A stretch of DNA of 63,655 nucleotides, filler included. It is 7 parts of 7 records of this genome, joined end to end, with 100 filler letters (N's around TTAATTAATTAA, not from the genome) between each part and the next. Parts side by side here need not be neighbours in the genome. Positions count along the whole stretch, not along the records: positions 57,615 to 63,655 come from DRR723986_17725; 6 more parts are not named here. The stretch is one strand, 5' to 3'. Within the stretch, counting starts at the first letter, position 1; each line of letters opens with the position of its first letter. This document shows positions 59,654-63,655 of the stretch, in pieces. Both the position numbers and the translations under genes were made by a program. The notes beneath the pieces are model-generated. The model had not been told where the DNA came from and searched no databases. It saw only the letters and a program-made list of their open reading frames with translations.

Positions 59654-59690
59654 AAAAAGGGCCCCGGCGCATATCGCCGGGGCCCTTTTT
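59654..59690. terminator. Bidirectional intrinsic terminator
   Basis: AAAAAGGGCCCCGGCG-catat-CGCCGGGGCCCTTTTT. Confidence 0.93.
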
Positions 59691-59702
59691 CGTTCGAAAA
59701 AT

Positions 59703-60944
59703 TTACGTACCGGGTCGCTGTAACCCCGTCTCTGTTCGCGCGCTCAGCAACGCGTGCGTCGCCGCTTGGATGAATGCCAAATACCGCTCATGGCCGTCTT
59801 CAACCGACAGCTCCAGATTGGTGTCACCCATCCGCCCCAACAGCGAAAGCTGCTCGCAGAACCAGTTCAATACCGCCCCCCTTGGCAACTCACTGGCGGG
59901 TGGGAAACCCCGTTCAACTGCAGGGGCCATATCAGACGCCCCAGACAACAGCTTGGTTGGGAATTCGGGGTCGATGATAAAGGGTCGGCCCATGCCAATC
60001 AGGTCCGTTTCCGCGCGCCCCAGCGCGCCATTCATCACCTCCACGGATCGAAATCCGCCCGTCACCATCAGGGGAATAGTGATCGCGGCCTTGATCGCCT
60101 TGGCATATTCCAGAAAATACCCTTCGCGCGCCTTTGTACTCTCTTTTTGCGAGGCGTGTTGATACGCGGTCGGGGTTTCAAACGTCCCACCCGAAATTTC
60201 GATGAAATCGACGCCTTCGGCTTCCAGCATTTGCGCCACCAGCACACTCTCTTCGTGGCTAAAGCCGCCCTTCTGGAAATCCGACGAATTCAGCTTTACC
60301 GCGACGATGAATTCAGGGTCCACAGCCGCGCGCACAGCCCGCACCACCGACAACAACAATCGCGCCCGGTTTTCCAGCGGGCCGCCCCATTGATCGTCCC
60401 GCGTGTTGATCCGGGGCGACAGGGCCGAGCTGAGCAGATACCCATGCGCCCCGTGAATCTGCACCCCGTCAAACCCGGCCTCCTGCGCCAGTTGGGCCGA
60501 GCGGGAAAATTTCTCGATGACGGCCTCTAGATCCGCATCCGTCGCCTGCTGCGGCGTGCCATACCCCGGCAAATCCATCTCTTCGGTCGAGATCGAGATG
60601 GGCGCAGGGTTCACCGCCTGCGGTGTCTGCCGCCCGGCATGGGCCAGTTGTGCCAGCACAACCGCACCCCCGCTTTTTGCGGCCTCGGTCAGACGCGCCA
60701 CCTGATCCAGATCTGACAGGGGATCCAGCACAAAGTTCCCCGCATGTTCCAGATGCCAACGATCCACAGGCGTGTTGCCAGTGATCAGCATCGCCGCCCC
60801 GCCCGCACTCCACCGCCGAAACAGATCAATCTGCCCCTGCGATGGGTTGTTATGCACGTCTGCCAGCGCCTCTGACATCGCAGATTTCACAATCCGGTTC
60901 TTCAGGGTGCGCCCATTGGGCAGTGTCAGCGTCTGATCAATCAT
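59703..60944 (-). CDS. NADH:flavin oxidoreductase (old yellow enzyme family)
   Basis: KNRIVKSAMSE, QLAHAGR, GFDGVQIHGAHGYL, NTRDDQWGG. Confidence 0.93.
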   Translation of the reverse strand: MIDQTLTLPNGRTLKNRIVKSAMSEALADVHNNPSQGQIDLFRRWSAGGAAMLITGNTPVDRWHLEHAGNFVLDPLSDLDQVARLTEAAKSGGAVVLAQLAHAGRQTPQAVNPAPISISTEEMDLPGYGTPQQATDADLEAVIEKFSRSAQLAQEAGFDGVQIHGAHGYLLSSALSPRINTRDDQWGGPLENRARLLLSVVRAVRAAVDPEFIVAVKLNSSDFQKGGFSHEESVLVAQMLEAEGVDFIEISGGTFETPTAYQHASQKESTKAREGYFLEYAKAIKAAITIPLMVTGGFRSVEVMNGALGRAETDLIGMGRPFIIDPEFPTKLLSGASDMAPAVERGFPPASELPRGAVLNWFCEQLSLLGRMGDTNLELSVEDGHERYLAFIQAATHALLSARTETGLQRPGT

Positions 60945-61246
60945 TTCAGAATCTCCTGTGCAAAGGCATCCATCATGGCCTGTATCGCCTCTTCGTTCCG
61001 GCGGTAAAAAGTCCACTGACCGTGACGGTCTGATTTCACCAACCCGGCATCCTTTAGAATGCCCATGTAGTTCGAAATCGTGGATTGCGAGAGCGCCGCC
61101 TTGTCTCGGATATAGGCCACGCAAACGCCATCCAGATCGGCGTGTTCCTCCAACGCAGGGGGGAAATTTGATCGGTCCTTAAGCCAGACAAGGATCTGTC
61201 GGCGCACCGGGTTGTTCAGGGCCGCAAGGGCTTTTTCAATGTCCAT
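60941..61246 (-). CDS. ArsR/SmtB family regulator
   Basis: ALNNPVR, LSQSTIS.....L..AGLV; ATGA overlap with the oxidoreductase. Confidence 0.92.
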   Translation of the reverse strand: MDIEKALAALNNPVRRQILVWLKDRSNFPPALEEHADLDGVCVAYIRDKAALSQSTISNYMGILKDAGLVKSDRHGQWTFYRRNEEAIQAMMDAFAQEILK

Positions 61247-61266
61247 ATATCGAGATATCTCGATAT
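61247..61266. promoter_or_regulatory. Palindromic operator of the ArsR-oxidoreductase operon
   Basis: Perfect 20-bp palindrome ATATCGAGATATCTCGATAT abutting the ATG; TTGACT -35 at 61281-61276. Confidence 0.75.
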
Positions 61267-61413
61267 TCAGGTAAAAGTCAACCCAACCCTACAGAACTGC
61301 CCGCCGGGGCGGGTGCTGCCTTGCGATCATACCACCACAGTCAGACCGGCGAACGGCCCCGACATCTATCGGACCCATCCTGCACACCGGCGCGGCTCAC
61401 CTTAGTCGCTGAT

Positions 61414-62541
61414 CTAGAGAACCGGCACCAGGTAGTTGAGAATGCTCTGCATCCTGATCATCACCCGCCGGATCACATGGGTGGCCTGAACCGACTCCGT
61501 ATAGATCGTTGCCGTTCCAACAGCACCCGGGCGCATCGCCTTTAGCATCTCAGGCGCATCCAGTTTGATCCGCACCACAAAGGGTTCGGCTTGGATCTGC
61601 CCACTGGCAAAAACCGTGCCTGACATCATTGCCTGTCCCTGTGATGAGATATCGATCAGCGAATCAATCGTTCCGGTCACGATCGTTCCGGGCTTGGTCT
61701 TGATCGCCAGCTCGACAGGTTGCCCCACCTTCAAATGCCGCACATAGATCTGCTGAATGTTGGCGATCAGCGTCTTTTCCGAGGTGTCGACAAACACCAT
61801 CGCGGGTGCAAACGGGAAATTGGTCACCCGTTGACCCACAGCCAGCGCCAGATTGGTCACAAACCCATCGCTGGGCGCACGCACCTCGGTCTGCGCCAAA
61901 TTCCACGTGGCCTGATCCACATTGGCCTGAGCTTCGGCAACTTTGGCAACGACGCCATCCGCGGTCATAGCCCCCAGTTCGGTTTCCGCGCGCGACACTG
62001 CGGCCCGGCCCTGATCCACCGCCGCCGCCGCGGTTTCAAGGTTCCGCTTGCGCCGTTCCAACCGGTTTTCCGAAATCGCGCCGCTTTCCACCAGCTTGAC
62101 ATCATCATCATACAGGCTCTGCGCGAGGGTCTCCGCAACCTCGGCCTGCCGCAACTGGGCCTCTGCATTCTTCAGCGAATCAAAATCCTGTTTTGCCTGC
62201 GCTTTGGTGCGCACCAATCCGGCACTGGCGGAGCTCAGGGCGATCTCAAATGGCTCAGGATCGATCTTGAACAACAAATCCCCCTTGTTCAGCGATGTAT
62301 TGGCTTCCACCGGAACCGCGATCACTTGGCCGCTGACATTGGGAATGACCTGTATCGCGCGGGTTAACACTCGTGCAGACCCTTGGGGCGCGCCCCACTG
62401 CATTGGGATGAACAGGAATATGAACAGAACCACCATCCAGATCAGCGTCGTCGCCCACACAAGTCCGGTGTTTGGCAGCACCTTCATCCGGATCAACACA
62501 AACAGAACCGCGGCATAGATCAGCGTCAGGAATACAATCAT
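61414..62541 (-). CDS. HlyD family membrane fusion protein
   Basis: IPNVSGQV, KGDLLFKIDP, VRAPSDGFV. Confidence 0.92.
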   Translation of the reverse strand: MIVFLTLIYAAVLFVLIRMKVLPNTGLVWATTLIWMVVLFIFLFIPMQWGAPQGSARVLTRAIQVIPNVSGQVIAVPVEANTSLNKGDLLFKIDPEPFEIALSSASAGLVRTKAQAKQDFDSLKNAEAQLRQAEVAETLAQSLYDDDVKLVESGAISENRLERRKRNLETAAAAVDQGRAAVSRAETELGAMTADGVVAKVAEAQANVDQATWNLAQTEVRAPSDGFVTNLALAVGQRVTNFPFAPAMVFVDTSEKTLIANIQQIYVRHLKVGQPVELAIKTKPGTIVTGTIDSLIDISSQGQAMMSGTVFASGQIQAEPFVVRIKLDAPEMLKAMRPGAVGTATIYTESVQATHVIRRVMIRMQSILNYLVPVL

Positions 62542-62545
62542 CTGA

Positions 62546-62785
62546 TTATCCCTCCGACCGGGTGCGCGCGGCGGGCACCGTAAAGGCCCAGATCAAGGCA
62601 AGCGGCCAAAAGATCCCAAACATCAGCGCCCCCAGCCATCCCGCCACGGTGATCGCTTCAGCTTGGGGATGATTGCGCTGCTTGGCGATTTGACCGGGCA
62701 GCCGGGCCAGAACAAAAAAGCCAATCAGAACGGTTGCGATCAAAACGATCAGAACCACCCATGCGAAATAGTCCAATCCAGTCAT
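62546..62785 (-). CDS. DUF3302 small membrane protein
   Basis: LPGQIAKQRNHPQAEAI...WPLALIWAF. Confidence 0.88.
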   Translation of the reverse strand: MTGLDYFAWVVLIVLIATVLIGFFVLARLPGQIAKQRNHPQAEAITVAGWLGALMFGIFWPLALIWAFTVPAARTRSEG

Positions 62786-62890
62786 GTCAAACTCACTCCC
62801 GCGAAATACGCTCGATCCAAACCTAGTCTCAATGAGAGCTTACCGGAAAGGAAATGTAAGGCCACCTTGAAGCGATTGGTGCTGGAGTCT

Positions 62891-62907
62891 CCGACAGAAA
62901 TGGTCGA
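62891..62907. promoter_or_regulatory. Possible Iron-Rhodo-box-like site
   Basis: CCGAC-N7-GTCGA dyad 35 bp upstream of an iron ABC permease. Confidence 0.35.
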
Positions 62908-62941
62908 ATAAGAACAAACCGCATTGATTTCCGTGACAGTG

Positions 62942-63655
62942 ATGGCCGAAACCGAATACGCAGAACAAGGCTCGCGCCACCGGAATGCCCTAGGCACCCG
63001 CATCTTGGGGGCAGGGGCCTATGTCATCGCGGCGATCTGCCTGTTGCCCATGTTGGCTGTGGCGCTTGCGGCGATGACCGGCGGCACGGATACAATCGCG
63101 CACCTGTTCCTGACGGTGATGCCCGATTACATTTTTACCACGGTTTTGCTGGTGTTGATGGTCTCGTGCGGCACCTTTGGTCTGGGGGTCGGCGCGGCGT
63201 GGTTGGTCACAATGACCCGCTTCCCCGGCGTGCGTATGATGGAGGTGGCCCTCGTCCTCCCTCTGGCTTTTCCCGCCTATGTGCTTGCCTATGCCTACAC
63301 CTTTGTTCTGGATCATCCCGGCATCGTGCAAACCACGCTGCGACAGGTGACCGGCTGGGGCCCGCGCGATTATTGGTTCCCCGAGGTGCGCTCGACCGAA
63401 GGCGCGGCGGTGATGCTGATCCTTGTGCTCTACCCCTATGTGTACCTGCTCGCCCGCGCCGCTTTTTTGCAGCAAAGCTCGACCGCGTTTCTGGCCGCCC
63501 GCGCCTTGGGGTCTAGCCCGTGGCGCGCATTCTGGCGCGTCTCCCTGCCCATGGCTCGTCCGGCAATCGCCGGCGGTGTGCTGCTGGCGGTGATGGAAAC
63601 CATCGCCGATTTCGGAACCGTCTCGTATTTCGGGGTGCAGACCTTTGCCACCGGC
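62942..63655 (+). CDS. Fe(III) ABC transporter permease (FbpB/FutB-like), 3'-truncated
   Basis: Frame absent from the ORF track: MAETEY...LPLAFPAYVLAYAY...YPYVYLLARAAF...METIADFGTVSYFGV. Confidence 0.9.
   Translation, partial: MAETEYAEQGSRHRNALGTRILGAGAYVIAAICLLPMLAVALAAMTGGTDTIAHLFLTVMPDYIFTTVLLVLMVSCGTFGLGVGAAWLVTMTRFPGVRMMEVALVLPLAFPAYVLAYAYTFVLDHPGIVQTTLRQVTGWGPRDYWFPEVRSTEGAAVMLILVLYPYVYLLARAAFLQQSSTAFLAARALGSSPWRAFWRVSLPMARPAIAGGVLLAVMETIADFGTVSYFGVQTFATG

Noticed and set aside
61414-62785. HlyD plus DUF3302 without a pump as a novel exporter
   Set aside because: Known widespread pairing (YibH/YibI-like)

Overview
The window is not one locus. It is seven unrelated contigs joined by six artificial 100-nt spacers (44 N + TTAATTAATTAA + 44 N). 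Taxon labels below are inferred from gene content and style. (1) 1-12409, Marinobacter-like gammaproteobacterium: a near-canonical dif site with a Tn7-like transposon-end array 30 bp away, nhaD, an outer-membrane barrel, trkH, and a glycogen cluster (glgC-GH57-malQ-pilZ-deleted SDR-glgP) with an internal perfect FNR box. (2) 12510-24320, Bacteroidota: a T9SS cargo protein with a duplicated module, a hydrolase, a SWIM protein with a tandem paralog, and a GNAT. (3) 24421-31043, alphaproteobacterium: an IS remnant, DUF218, a MurC-like ligase fused to an NRPS A-T-TE module with a Cys-type thioesterase, and a methyltransferase. (4) 31144-40252, AT-rich Bacteroidota: T9SS cargo, an ECF sigma pair and an envC/DUF4292/TPR operon. 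(5) 40353-48458, high-GC alphaproteobacterium: a SauUSI-like type IV restriction enzyme with an N-terminal HIT remnant, and a sugar ABC operon. (6) 48559-57514 and (7) 57615-63655: mostly ordinary Rhodobacteraceae-type genes. The two best candidates for undescribed systems are the apparent dif-adjacent Tn7-like insertion and the MurC-NRPS fusion cluster. All family assignments come from motif recognition by eye; no database searches were run.
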